A stretch of DNA of 64,000 bases, taken from the NCBI GenBank assembly GCA_964270895.1, contig OZ185440.1; one strand, given 5' to 3'. Below, in pieces: positions 41,868-52,950 of the stretch (its first letter is position 1; every line of letters starts with the position of its first letter). Under the pieces are notes generated by a model. That model saw only the letters and a program-made list of their open reading frames with translations. It was not told the DNA's origin and ran no database searches. This DNA is from Podarcis filfolensis. Its lineage: Eukaryota. Made by a program: the position numbers and the translations under genes.

Positions 41868-42190
41868 ACACCTCCCAAATTCTGCTTTAATTTGCTGTGG
41901 CTTTCAACTACCTATTGGGGTAAGTTCAAAGCACTGGTTTTAGTGTATAAAAGCCCTATTCAGCTTGGGACCAGGATACCTGAAAGATGGTTATCACCCC
42001 ATATATGGATCACTCTGCTTTGCAGCCTAGAGCCCCCTGCAGATCCCATCTTATCAGTACATTCATACTGCACAATACAGGAACCAAACCTTAGTGTTGT
42101 GGCACCTACCCTTTGGAAGTTCCTCTCCTTAAATATTAGACAACTGTCTTTTCTGTCATCCTTTCAACCTACCTCTTTCAACAAGCCAGG
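41868..42190 (+). mobile_element. Degenerate L2 3' fragment adjoining the BovB insertion
   Basis: ttcaaagcactggttttagtgtataaaagccc (FKALVLVYK) and gttgtggcacctaccctttgg (VVAPTLW) are L2 ORF2 C-terminal motifs. Confidence 0.65.
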
Positions 42191-42656
42191 GCTTGCCTGC
42201 CCATGAGGCAGGCTGATGCTGCTGCCTCAGGTGGTGGAACCCCAAGAGGCAGTGCACCCATAAGCACCCTGCCCACTCTGCCACTGCTGGTGGGGAAGCA
42301 GCAGCGACTTCCAGTGAGATCTTGTGCACTCTACAACATCTCACAATGCCTCCACAAGGCTTTTTTTTTCCAGCTAGAACTCACTGAAACTCAGTTCTGA
42401 CACCTCTCAGGTGAGTGCCATTGCCATTATAAGAGAACAAGAAAAATAGCACTGCCAGAATCCACTACTGGCATCACTGCTTTGTGGGTGTTCCCACACT
42501 TCCCAGGTAAGGGAGGCTACATGGGTGGGGGAGCTTTGGCAGAAGTGGGACTTTGCCGTTTCACCTTAGGCAGTGAAACGGGACAGGTTGCCACTGCAAC
42601 AAGACTTTTGAGATCTTTCCCAGTGTGCATCTGTACCTGAATTTTTTTTTATCTTC

Positions 42657-42730
42657 CTAGAATCATAGAACTGTAGTTGGAATGGACACTGGGGGTCCTC
42701 TAGTCCAACCTCCTGCAATGCAGGAATCTC
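42657..42730 (-). mobile_element. CR1-type 3' terminal fragment
   Basis: agaatcatagaactgtagttggaa...ctagtccaacctcctgcaatgcagg, the reverse-complemented CR1 tail. Confidence 0.6.
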
Positions 42731-44827
42731 AATGCATGGTCCCCCATCTAATTTGAAACCATACACAACCCTTAGCTTTGCATTGGGCTAGCAGTTTTAT
42801 TGCTGCACCACTAGGAGGACTTTTTAAATTTCTCTTTGTTTGCCATCCTTGGCTCCTGTGTCAGGAAGTGCAGGATATACATTTAATAAACAAGAATATT
42901 CTCCCCTTCCTTTTTTTTTTTAAAAAAATGAGATTGCTGCCGCTGGGTGACTGTGGAAAAATAAGAGGCCTGATGGAGCTGGTCTTTCAGCACTGTTGTG
43001 TTGGTTAGTGTGTAAGGCATTTTGCAAGAAAAGTAGGAAACATTTTTCTAAATAAATCTTTATTGCTCCGTGTCACCTCTTAATGGTATGAATTGCATTT
43101 CAACATGGAGTGCTTGCTCAGTCAGATTGCATTTGATAGCTCTTTGAATCATGTACAAGGGACCACTCTTTCTCTCTGCTTGCTGTGTATCCTGAAACAG
43201 GCTGCCTGAAGCAGTTTCCCAATGCAGGTGTGTGAAGTAGCTGCCACTGGATGGGATTTGGGGTGGGTGGGTCAGATCTTAATGGCAAACAAAGGGATGT
43301 GATGTGCCCTTGCACCAGCACAGAGCAGTAAATGTGTTAGTGTTTGCTTCCTTTGTTCCTTACACTTTCCCTGACCTGCAAAGGTTTTTTGACTTCACAT
43401 TCGCCATCACAGTAAATCCATGCAATGTTTGGATGGGTGGCATTTGTTGGTATTTAAGTTTAGCCCACTGAACTTGCTTATTAGTAGACATGTATAGGAT
43501 TGCACTGTAAAGCAGCCAGAGCAGGTGCAATGTTTATTAAAATTAGTAAGAAAACTCTCATTTACTTTAAGATGGTAGCATCTTGCAACCCTTAATCATG
43601 CAACTGAACATACTGTATCTACCATTTCAGATTTTACTATGTTACCTATTGCCACAATTGCACAAACCCAGATGTCCCCCTCTGCTTTTCCATATGCTGT
43701 ATATGTATATTGTCTTCCTTAGACCTGTAAAGTATGTTTGCTTAAATTATGTGGTGCAAGTCTACTATGAAACATTACTTTATTACATTTGGCTGCAATA
43801 ATGCTTTAGGATGGGTATGATTCTCCACAATGTTTTGCATTATAGTTTTTTGCTATATTCATGTTGAATAATTCTGAGACACAAGTATAGCCTCCCCCAA
43901 CCCCTACAGACATAGGAATGTGCATTGTTATTATTTCTTGTTCTGAATGGCCATGATGATTTTGCCTATGTTCATAAATTGTATTCCTTTTATATTGTAT
44001 CCATTTTGCAGATCCACAGAGTATCACAAAGCTTTGTTTGCAGAGCTGATACTGGATGGTTACAATGCATATCCACCCAGGCATTCTCTACAGCAGAAAT
44101 GTATTACTCCTTTCATAGAATCTCATCCCTTCCCTAAGAAGCCCAGAGCAAGATCCCTGGGATGTGTGATAGGGTAGCCTGAGAAAATGTGACTGGCCAA
44201 AGGTTGCACAGTGAGCAGTGATTTGAATCCAGATCTCCCAAGTCTGAGGCCAAGACTGTTAAATACTTTACCACACTAGTTATAGCCATATAACTAGTGT
44301 GGTGTGTGTGTGTATAAAATTTCATACACCCACTAACATAATCAGAGGGAGTTACAAGCATATTCTATGTAATACAGAGAATGGAGGTTTTAAAATGGTT
44401 GGTGCATTCATAACACAAAAAGGTGCCAGGAGCAAAAGGCCCTTCTCTATGATACCCACAGAGAAAATTATACTCAAGGGTCTGTGTGGCAGCTCAAGGT
44501 GCTGACATGTTGTGAAGACTTCATAGCAGAATGTCCCAAAGGGTTCATATTATCACTGTGTAATAATACATACATATGACCATTTGGAAGATACACTATT
44601 TTCCAAAGGCAATTCTGAATGAATTTGTACATTTCTGTGATCACTCAAGAGTTGCTTTCTAGGTGCTGTCTTCTCTGTGTAAGTGGGAGGGGTGTTGAGG
44701 GAACTTTAAGATTCCCATGCCTTTAAGAGCTGCCTCAGGGAGGAGTGAAGAATGCTGAAGTGCCTGGAGGGGCCACAGGAGTGTGTCACCTGTGAGGGCA
44801 GCACTGGCACCTCCTCCTCTCTCCTCT

Positions 44828-44846
44828 TCCCACTCAGAGGGCGCCA
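44828..44846 (+). promoter_or_regulatory. Candidate CTCF site upstream of the BEND5 island
   Basis: tcccactCAGAGGGCGCCA matches the 3' core of the CTCF consensus (CCASYAGRKGGCRS). The 5' part is imperfect. Confidence 0.3.
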
Positions 44847-46274
44847 CATAGTTTCTGCCTGCGCTTCCACCAAGATGGGCAAGTGAAAGGAGTAGCTATT
44901 GCTGCCTGCATGCCACTCACTCATCTCTAGCTGGTGGAATAAGGCGGCTGGGGACCCAGAGAACACTGGCTCCCTCTCTGAACTCCAAAGTCCACAGCCG
45001 GGCAATACAGTACCTTGCGGCCAATTGAAGCCTGCATGTGTCATGTCATTTGACTGGGACAAGCAAGACTAAGAGAGCAAGATCGAACAACACAAGAGAA
45101 CAGTGTTTGATCCCTACGGGAGCAGCTGCTCCATACTTGTGCTCTTAACCGGATAGATCCCCCGGGCTCTTGCACGAGCAGTCAGGATTACTCTCCTTTT
45201 CCAAGTATCTCTGCTGGGCCCAATCCTCCATGCTACGTCTCTGAGACGAAGCGTGGGAGGCAGCTCTTTCCGGGAAGCGTCCCTGCCCGCCCGCCGCCTT
45301 TCTGGAGGTGGCGCGACAGGAAGGATCCGCCTGGGCGGCTGGTGGGGCCCTGCGAGAGGAAGTGGCTGCTGTTACTTGTGCAGGGACCTGCCGCCTTTGC
45401 ACGCTCTTCTGTAGCCCTCTGGGAGCTGGAGGGCGTGCAAGCCACAGCTCGCTTCCTCTCGCCTCGGCGGGTGGGAGAGAGAGAGGCCAAGCTAACAATA
45501 GGCACTGGCCCGCTCGCCTATCCCCTCTGGGTGGCTCACAACCTTCCCACCGGGAGAGGAAGCAGCCGCCGCCGAGGGGGCACCCAGCGGGCCGCCGGGG
45601 GAGACGTTTAAACTGTGGCTGAACTTCGCTAAGGGCAACCCAAAGCTTGCTCGCCTCCTCATGGGGATCGGCGATGGGGAGCCTGCGGGAAAGGCCCTTC
45701 CTCCGCGGCAAACGTGCGATCTCGTTGGGCAGCCCTGCCCGGGAGCCTCCCGCTTCCCCCGCCGCGCGTGGCACGGAGGATCGGGGCCGCCGCGCCCCAG
45801 TCCCCGGAGAGAGCGCGGACTCGCAGCTGGCATCTCGCACTCTCTCTCTGGCTGATGGGATGCATGCTCCCGAAAGTCACCCATCACTTGGGAATCCCCT
45901 CTTCCCCCTCCTGCCCTCCGCCATCCCCAGGCAGGGAGCGAGCGGCACTTTCCCCCGCCGCACGCGCCGGGCCGATTCTCTCTGAGACGCGCGCCAGGCT
46001 GAGGTTCGCTCCGCTCGGCGCTCGACTCGTGCTGCTTGCTCGCAGCCCGAGCCCGAGGCTGCCTTGGCAAAGAGAAGCCTGTGCAGCCTAGACCGGCTCA
46101 GCCGAGCGCCGAGCCGGATTTTCAGGAACAATAACAGAAAGCGCTGGGGCTGAGGGAGCCGAGCCGCGCGGCCCCCTCCCTCCCTCGCTCGCCCGCCCGC
46201 CCGTCGCCGGGCCGCCTCCCCCCTCGTCGCCGGGCCGCCTCCCCCCCCACTCGCCCCCCGCTCGCGCCACAATA

Positions 46275-46494
46275 ATGTACGCCTTCGTGCGGTTCCTGGA
46301 GGACAACGTGTGCTATGCGCTGCCCGTGTCGTGCGTGCAGGGCTTCAGCCCCAAATCCCGGCTCGACTTCGACAACCAGAAGGTCTACACCGTCTACCGC
46401 AGCCCTGCCCACGACCCCGAGGACGGCGACGAGAGCCCCCGCGAGCTGGGCGAGCGGCCGCTGCTGCACAAGGCCCAGATCCTGGCGCTGGCAG
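46275..46494 (+). CDS. BEND5: BEND5 coding exon 1 (73 codons + 1 nt, phase 1 out)
   Basis: ATG at 46275 with A at -3. Translates MYAFVRFLEDNVCYALPVSCVQGFSPKSRLDFDNQKVYTVYRSP...LLHKAQILALA, near-identical at both ends to the recalled human BEND5 N-terminus. Donor GCAG|GTGAGG at 46494/46495. Confidence 0.95.
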
Positions 46495-46505
46495 GTGAGG
46501 CAACC

Positions 46506-46542
46506 GGGGGGCGCGCGGGGACGGCGGGAGGAGGGGAGGGGG
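46506..46542 (+). other. G-quadruplex-forming motif just inside BEND5 intron 1
   Basis: GGGGGG-cgcgc-GGGG-acggc-GGG-agga-GGGG-a-GGGGG: five G-runs of 3 or more with loops of 1-5 nt. Confidence 0.6.
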
Positions 46543-48651
46543 TGCAATCCGGAGGCCAGACCAGTTAAAAAACCTCCCTGCTCCTGGAAGGAAAGGGTCG
46601 GGGAGAAGCTGCTGCTCCTACTGCTGCTCCTGCTCCCCCACCCGGGGAAATGGGTGGGAGGGAAGAGGCCCGACTGCAGCCCCGCTATTTGTAGGGCCTG
46701 CCCGTCTCCGTGTGTGTGTGTGTTGCTGAGGGAGGGGTTTCATGCGTCTCCAGGGGTCTCTGCTGCAGAGGCCTAGGATGGGGCTTCTCAGAGGCACAGG
46801 GATGCTCATTCGTATGAGAATAGCAACAGTAATAATCTGGGGTTTTGTTTTTTTGTTTGTTTATTTTTAAGAGAGTATTTTCCCAAGGTGCTCAAGAGTG
46901 CTTGAATGAATGTTTCTGGCTGAAGAAGGAATGGCTACAGGAAAGGATGAGGGCGTTTAGGTCAGGGGTAGCATGCCGAAATGGGCATAATGGCAAGGAC
47001 TGGGAAGTTTGTGAGATCCTAGAAAACGAAGGTCGAGAAGGAACTGTTGCAGCAATTCTGTGCATGGAATGAGGAGGCCTTTGGTTATTTGGCCACGTGT
47101 GAACATGGGCAGATTGGTCATGAGGAAGTTGAGGATGTAGTCACCACAGAAAAAGTCATAAAAAGAGCCCTGCTGAATAAAACAGAAGGATCATCCTGCT
47201 TTCAAAAGTAGTGTGCCAGATGATTCCAGGAATCCCACAAGCAAAGTATGAATGCAACAGTCCTCTGTTGTTTGCAGCCAAACAGCTGCTATTCAAAGGA
47301 ATGCTGCTCTTGAATGTGGATGATCTAGTGAATTACCATGGCTAAAGTCATTGATCAATCGGTTTTTCTTTACATCATCATAACATCTTGGAGCAGCGAG
47401 TTCCATAAGTTAGCTATATTACATGGTGGGATATTTTCCCCTGTATCCTGTATCTGTTCTCATTCAATTCCATTGAGCAAATGTAATAGCATTTTGTGAG
47501 AATTAGTTCTAGTATTAAGTGAGCTTGTATGGACTTTCTTCAAAATGTGTGTCATCTTAAAAACCTCCATGAGCATATAGAGGCCATATTATTACAAGAA
47601 TTGCTCCTTCCTGTGATCCATTTGCAAAGGTGACCTACATGCATAATAGCACAGCTTACCAAAAAATCAGAGGCTGAAGAAGATAGATGGTAGAAAATAC
47701 ATTTTCTTGGTAGTATATACCAGGCTAGAAATACAGTGAGTCCCAGCCCCCAGATTGCAGACAAATGAACTGTCATTAGCCACGAGTGCTAAATGGAACT
47801 TTCATATTCAGAAACCATATACTTCTGAGTACCAGATATTGTTGACAATAACTATGGCTAACCATAGTTTTCTGTCCTTTCTGTTCATGAACTGCCAGAT
47901 GCGGTGCAACAAGGTTTTTCATATGGCTGGTATTTTTACAAATTAACAGTGTAGTCCTATAAACGTCTACTGCTAGGTGAGTATGTATAGGATTGCACTC
48001 TTAAGTCCACAGAAGTACACACAGGAAGTATGCCTCACTGCACATAATGGGCACCTTCTTTTATTCACAGAGTCCATCCCCCCCCCCATCCACATGAATT
48101 AAGGGAGCCATGCTGGAGATAGGTGGACTTTATCCCAGGTAATCTTACCCCCTTCTAGCCCCAGCATATAGATACAGCTTCACTATTTGAACCTAAATTC
48201 TGGCTAATACCGCCATACATTGTTTCAACAGTGCACAAGGAGAAGTAGGCCCCTAGGCATATACCTCTCTCCTTTCCTACTGAGGTGTGGAGAGCAATTC
48301 AGACCTCTGGTCTGCAGCAACATGGCTTAACAGAGCAGAGCAACAACTTTCACACATCCTCACCTCTTGTACCAGCCTGGTTCATTTTGTTAGCCAACAC
48401 CTAAGCTGGTGCACTGAAGAGGCCCAGATCGTGTCCATTGCTGTCATGTGACAGAAGCAGGGTCTGCTGAAGAGCCAGTGATTCATTTACTTGCTCCCTC
48501 TCCACCTTCCAGAATGTCCCATTTTGTAGGTTTATGCTTACCACCGGTGAGTGGGGTAACTGCTGGTGATGGCTCAAAGTGTTCTGTGGCTCAAAGTGTT
48601 CTGTGCCAGCAGAGCCACACAAGGCTGGGCAGAGGTACACGTCTGCTGCAT

Positions 48652-48676
48652 ACACACACACACACACACACACACA
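48652..48676. repeat. (AC)n microsatellite
   Basis: Direct reading. Confidence 0.95.
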
Positions 48677-48879
48677 TCCTGAGAGTTCAGAGAGTTGGAT
48701 CTCAGAGTTCAGAGAGTTGGATCACAGTGATATTTTACGTGTCACATTGCAGACCTATTAAGATGGCCACAGAGGCTGATGGATTCTGAATAATTCCTGA
48801 GAGTCTTTGAGATTTTGTTGTTGTAGCTGCTGGTCCTCTTGAAGCCCTGATCACATTATGGAGTTCTGAAATGATGTGG

Positions 48880-49170
48880 ACTGTAAATTCACTCCTCTTA
48901 TTATTGAGCTGAGGCTGTGCATTGCCGTAGCTTATCCAATAGCTGATGAAGAAGGTGGGGGCAATGTCTAGCATACAAATATGACTGGACAAAAGTAAGA
49001 GCTCATATTTGAGACCACTCTCTGGCAGCGATACTGCCCAACGAGTATTCTGTTCTACCACTATTGTATCATCTCAGTGCCATATACTGATGTGTCTTTG
49101 AATGATGAGATGTCCCCAAATGAGTCCACAGAAAGATCTTAAGGAAACCTTGAAGGCCTACTTGGGGATA
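48880..49170 (+). mobile_element. Possible highly degenerate RTE-like LINE 3' remnant
   Basis: ctgcccaacgagtattctg (LP.RV.F) and a ...RKILRKP/LK-like segment recall the RTE RT C-terminus. Frames are broken. Confidence 0.3.
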
Positions 49171-49301
49171 AAATTGCTGACATTCATCACAGCCTGTACA
49201 GCACAATTAAAACAATTTAGTCACAGATTTAGGGTGTTGCCTAATTATTTTCATAGTACATGCTCAGGAAGTGGTTATTAGTGTCAACTACTGGCTGGTC
49301 A

Positions 49302-49631
49302 GGGACGTGGGTGGCGCTGTGGGTTAAACCTAGGACTTGCTGATCAGAAGGTCGGCGGTTCGAATCCCTGCGACGGGATGAGCTCCCGTTGCTCTGTCCC
49401 AGCTCCTGCCAACCTAGCAGTTTGAAAGCACGTAAAAGTGCAAGTAGATAAATAGGTACTGCTCCAGCGGGAAGGTAAACGGTGTTTCCATGCGCTGCTC
49501 TGGTTCGCCAGAATGACCTGGAAGCTGTACACCGGCTCCCTTGGCCAATAAAGCGAGATGAGCGCCACAACCCCAGAGTTGACCACGACTGGACCTAATG
49601 GTCAGGGGTCCCTTTACCTTTACCTTTACCT
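49302..49631 (+). mobile_element. Sauria-type SINE with 13-bp TSD, in BEND5 intron 1
   Basis: Starts GGGACGTGGGTGGCGCTGTGGG and ends (ACCTTT)n. TSD TACTGGCTG(G/A)TCA at 49289-49301 and 49632-49644, one mismatch. Confidence 0.9.
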
Positions 49632-49709
49632 TACTGGCTGATCACTAATATTACTTCCAGTACCAGATATCAGTCAGATGGTAGCTGGAGAATTACACAT
49701 TCCTAAATA

Positions 49710-49937
49710 CAGTGGTACCTCAGGTTAAATACTTAATTCGTTCTGGAGGTCTGTTCTTAACCTGAAACTGTTTTTAACCTGAAGCATCACTTTAGCTAAT
49801 GGGGCCTCCTGCTGCCGCCGCACCGCCGGAGCACGATTTCTTTTTTCATCCTGAAGCAAAGTTCTTAACCTGAAGCACTATGTCTGGGTTAGCGGAGTCT
49901 GTAACCTGAAGCATATGTAACCTGAAGCGTACCACTG
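49710..49937 (-). mobile_element. MITE family A, reverse orientation, 228 bp
   Basis: TA|CAGTGGTAC...GTACCACTG|TA. The body is the reverse complement of the copies at 29881 and 50711. Confidence 0.9.
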
Positions 49938-50530
49938 TAATGTTGATTATTTAGATCAGGGTTTATGCTTAGGTTTGTCACAGAAACTGATTTGTTGGTT
50001 CTGATAACCTGCTGTGGAAGGACAGAAGAAGTGTGATACTGATAATTTTCTGGATACCTCGGTGGTATTTGATACTATCAGCCACACCATCCTGGACCAG
50101 GTTATTGGAATGTAAGCACTTGGTGGATTCCAGAAGGTTGTCCTGGGGTCCTTTGGCTGTGGTTAAGGACAAAGGTCCAGCTGTAAAATGGAGCTCAGTC
50201 CAAACAAGATGGGATTTTTATTTATTTAAATATTTTAAAGTTACACTTCAAGGTGGGATGCAACCTAAAGCAGGTTCTGTAAGTAAGTAGTCTGCCTGAC
50301 TGAGGATCTGTTCTGCTTAGGGTTGCATGCCCTCTTAAGTCTGCAGTACTGTTAGACCCATCCTTTGCTATGAACACCCAAGTCGTGTTGGTGGCATGCA
50401 GCACTTTTCACAAAGTGCTTCAGACTAGAGTGCCAATTGCTACTCCTTCTGAGTGGACGTAGCCTGGCCATGTTTATCCTTGTACCATTCAGGCTTGACA
50501 ACTACAATACATTAGGAACAATACACTAGG

Positions 50531-50710
50531 AACATAGGAAACTGCCTTATACCAAGTCATGTTATTGGTCCATCTTGCTTATTGACTGTATTGATCTGTA
50601 TTGACTGGCAGATGCTCACCACCATTTCAGGTAGGGAACCTTGCATCCCTACCTGAAGATTCCAGGGACTGAACCTGCATTCAAGGCTGGTGCTCAACTA
50701 CTGAGCTATA
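50531..50710 (-). mobile_element. Degenerate Squam3/MIR-related SINE
   Basis: aggaaactgccttatac...ggtccatc...gactggcag...ctgagcta is the reverse of a tRNA-headed SINE with an L2-type tail. Confidence 0.6.
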
Positions 50711-50952
50711 CAGTGGTTTCTAAGGTTACATACGCTTCAGGTTACATACGCTTCAGGTTACAGACTCCGCTAAACCAGAAATAGTACCACGGGTTAAGAA
50801 CTTTGCTTCAGGATGAGAACAGAAATTGTGCTTCGGCGGTGCAGCGGCAGCAGGAGGCCCCATTAGCTAAAGTGGTGCTTCAGGTTAAGAACAGTTTCAG
50901 GTTAAGAATGGACCTCCGGAACGAATTAAGTACTTAACCCAAGGTACCACTG
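50711..50952 (+). mobile_element. MITE family A, 242 bp, inserted at the head of a SINE
   Basis: TA|CAGTGG...GGTACCACTG|TA, with an internal repeat of GTTACATACGCTTCAG. Confidence 0.9.
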
Positions 50953-52879
50953 TAGTTCTTTTTCAGAAGTGTCTCATATTGAGAACATATCTACCATGCT
51001 GATGATGGGCATGCGTTATCTTGTCATCTTAATTGACTTCCTGTATGTTTCCAGGTGGTGCTGTTGCCTTGATCCCAGGATTTATAGGTTATGCCAAAGA
51101 CCACCGGTTCTGATTATCTCTTAAGAGATTTTTTTCAGTCTTTTGCTTGTTGAGGTTAGGTGATGTGCCTTCTCTGTAGTAGTTTCCAGTCTGTGGAATG
51201 ATTTCCACTAGGCACATGCTGGATGATTTTTTTATTTTATTTTTTACTAATTTCTTCTATGCCATGCAAAAATGGCTTTAGTTTATTGTTGCTTTTTCAG
51301 TTCTGCTGCTTTTATATCTGAAATTTCAACTTGATTGCTTCCTGTGCTGCCACATGTTATTTTGAACTTGCTTATTCATATTTGTTTGTTTTGTTTTTAT
51401 TGTTAAGCTACATGTAGCTAGAAAATACCTTTCTGAAGTGGGATAATACAAGTCTATCAGATAAATAAACAAATCCTTTCTATATGTGCTGTGTAAAATC
51501 ACAATCTTCTATCTGAAACAGCACACCCCCCCCCACTGCCATACAGGTCTTGCAGAATTATAGAAAGTGCTTACATCAAGGATAAGAAGGAAGGCAAAAG
51601 GGGGAGAGAAAAAAAAAACTAGCCTTTAAAAGGCCTAAGCTACTGAACTATGATTCAAAAACTGGAAAGAGTAAATTAATATCATTACTGCTCCTTAGTT
51701 GTTTGCCCCCCTCCCCCTCGTGAATACAAGTTTGTTTGTAGCTTTAAAATATTATTTTTTAGTATATCTCCAGAGTGAGAAAACTACTTGCAGCACACAA
51801 GAATCCCAAGGGTGTTGTTATCTAAGAAAGGTACACATTGAGCAGAACATTCTGGGGGCATGCATAGAGAAGAAGCTCTTCTTTCTATGTATCCATTCTC
51901 AAGTTTGGGCATTATGAGCTGGCAGTTGAGGTGCCATTTTTAAAAAACAAAACCCCCCTCTGTTTTACAGAGTTCGAAACCAAAATGTCCTTTACCCTTT
52001 TAGGATTGTTTGATCCCAAAGACACGCTGAAAAGTTGGGGGTGTGGTGACCCTGTTGGCAGGACTGAGAATTAACAATCCTCTGTGCCGCAAGAGGAAAA
52101 CCTTATATAATCTAGAATAACGCTCTGTATTCAAAATGCCAAATAGCAGGATTTGTGCTAAACACACTTAGGGGGCAAGAAGCATTTCAGGTCACAGGAT
52201 TATTTATGCAATCAGTAACATTAAAAATCCCCATATCTGTATTAAAATATGAGGTGAATCTCATATCTGTTGCAAGACAGGAAGTGAAGCTCTAGCTTGT
52301 AAAAGGTACCTGTTGTTCTATAAATCATTATATATGCTGAGTACAACATACCTAGATGCTAAGTTCAATCAGTGCAGAACAAATGGTAGTTAACAACAGT
52401 GACAATTCCTGATTAGTATCAATTATTTAATCAGGGTGGCCCACTGCAAAGTTTTCACTGCCAGACTGTAGTTCAAACATTTGCTGTAATTTCCCCCAGG
52501 GTTGTGACTTTGATTCTATCATGTATATTTTACTGAAAGAACAACACCCTTCTATGACTACAGCATAACAATTAATTATTCGTATCCAAAATATAGGTAA
52601 TTCAGTGGTGATATTGATGCAAAAATTAGGGTTTTTTTATTGTCAGAAACTTCAAGCAAATGCTTCATACAGTCTTTTAAAAACTCTTCCCTTCCTGGTT
52701 GGCTGGAGGTGATTTTTACCTGCTGCATGCCTGGTTACAAACGTGATGTAGGAAAATAAGAATTCTCAGTATGGGGAATGTTGACTCTCTATTGAGAATG
52801 CCTGATTTGGGGAAGACCCTACTCTTCTGAGGGGTTCCCCACCTCAAAAGCAGTAATACAGAATTTCCAACATTCATTA

Positions 52880-52950
52880 GACTCATAGAAGTGTAGAGTT
52901 GGAAGGGACCCTGAGGGTTTATCTCGTCCAATTCCCTGTAATACAGGAAT
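52880..52950 (-). mobile_element. CR1-type 3' terminal fragment
   Basis: catagaagtgtagagttggaagggaccctgaggg...gtccaattccctg, the reverse-complemented CR1 tail. Confidence 0.65.

Larger units (their letters stand above)
45230..46720. promoter_or_regulatory. CpG island: BEND5 promoter, 5' UTR and exon 1
   Basis: Abrupt switch from AT-rich, CpG-depleted DNA to very GC-rich, CpG-dense DNA with many GC-box-like motifs around the BEND5 ATG. No TATA box seen. Boundaries are approximate. Confidence 0.88.

Noticed and set aside
41490-42206. 238-aa + strand ORF, the longest in the track
   Set aside because: It is the antisense of the BovB fragment running into an L2 remnant, not a host gene.
45145-46809. 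Many long overlapping ORFs (up to 231 aa) on both strands
   Set aside because: Expected in a very GC-rich CpG island with few stop codons. They are Arg/Ala/Gly/Pro-rich with no recognisable domain. Only 46275-46494 matches a known protein and ends at a splice donor.
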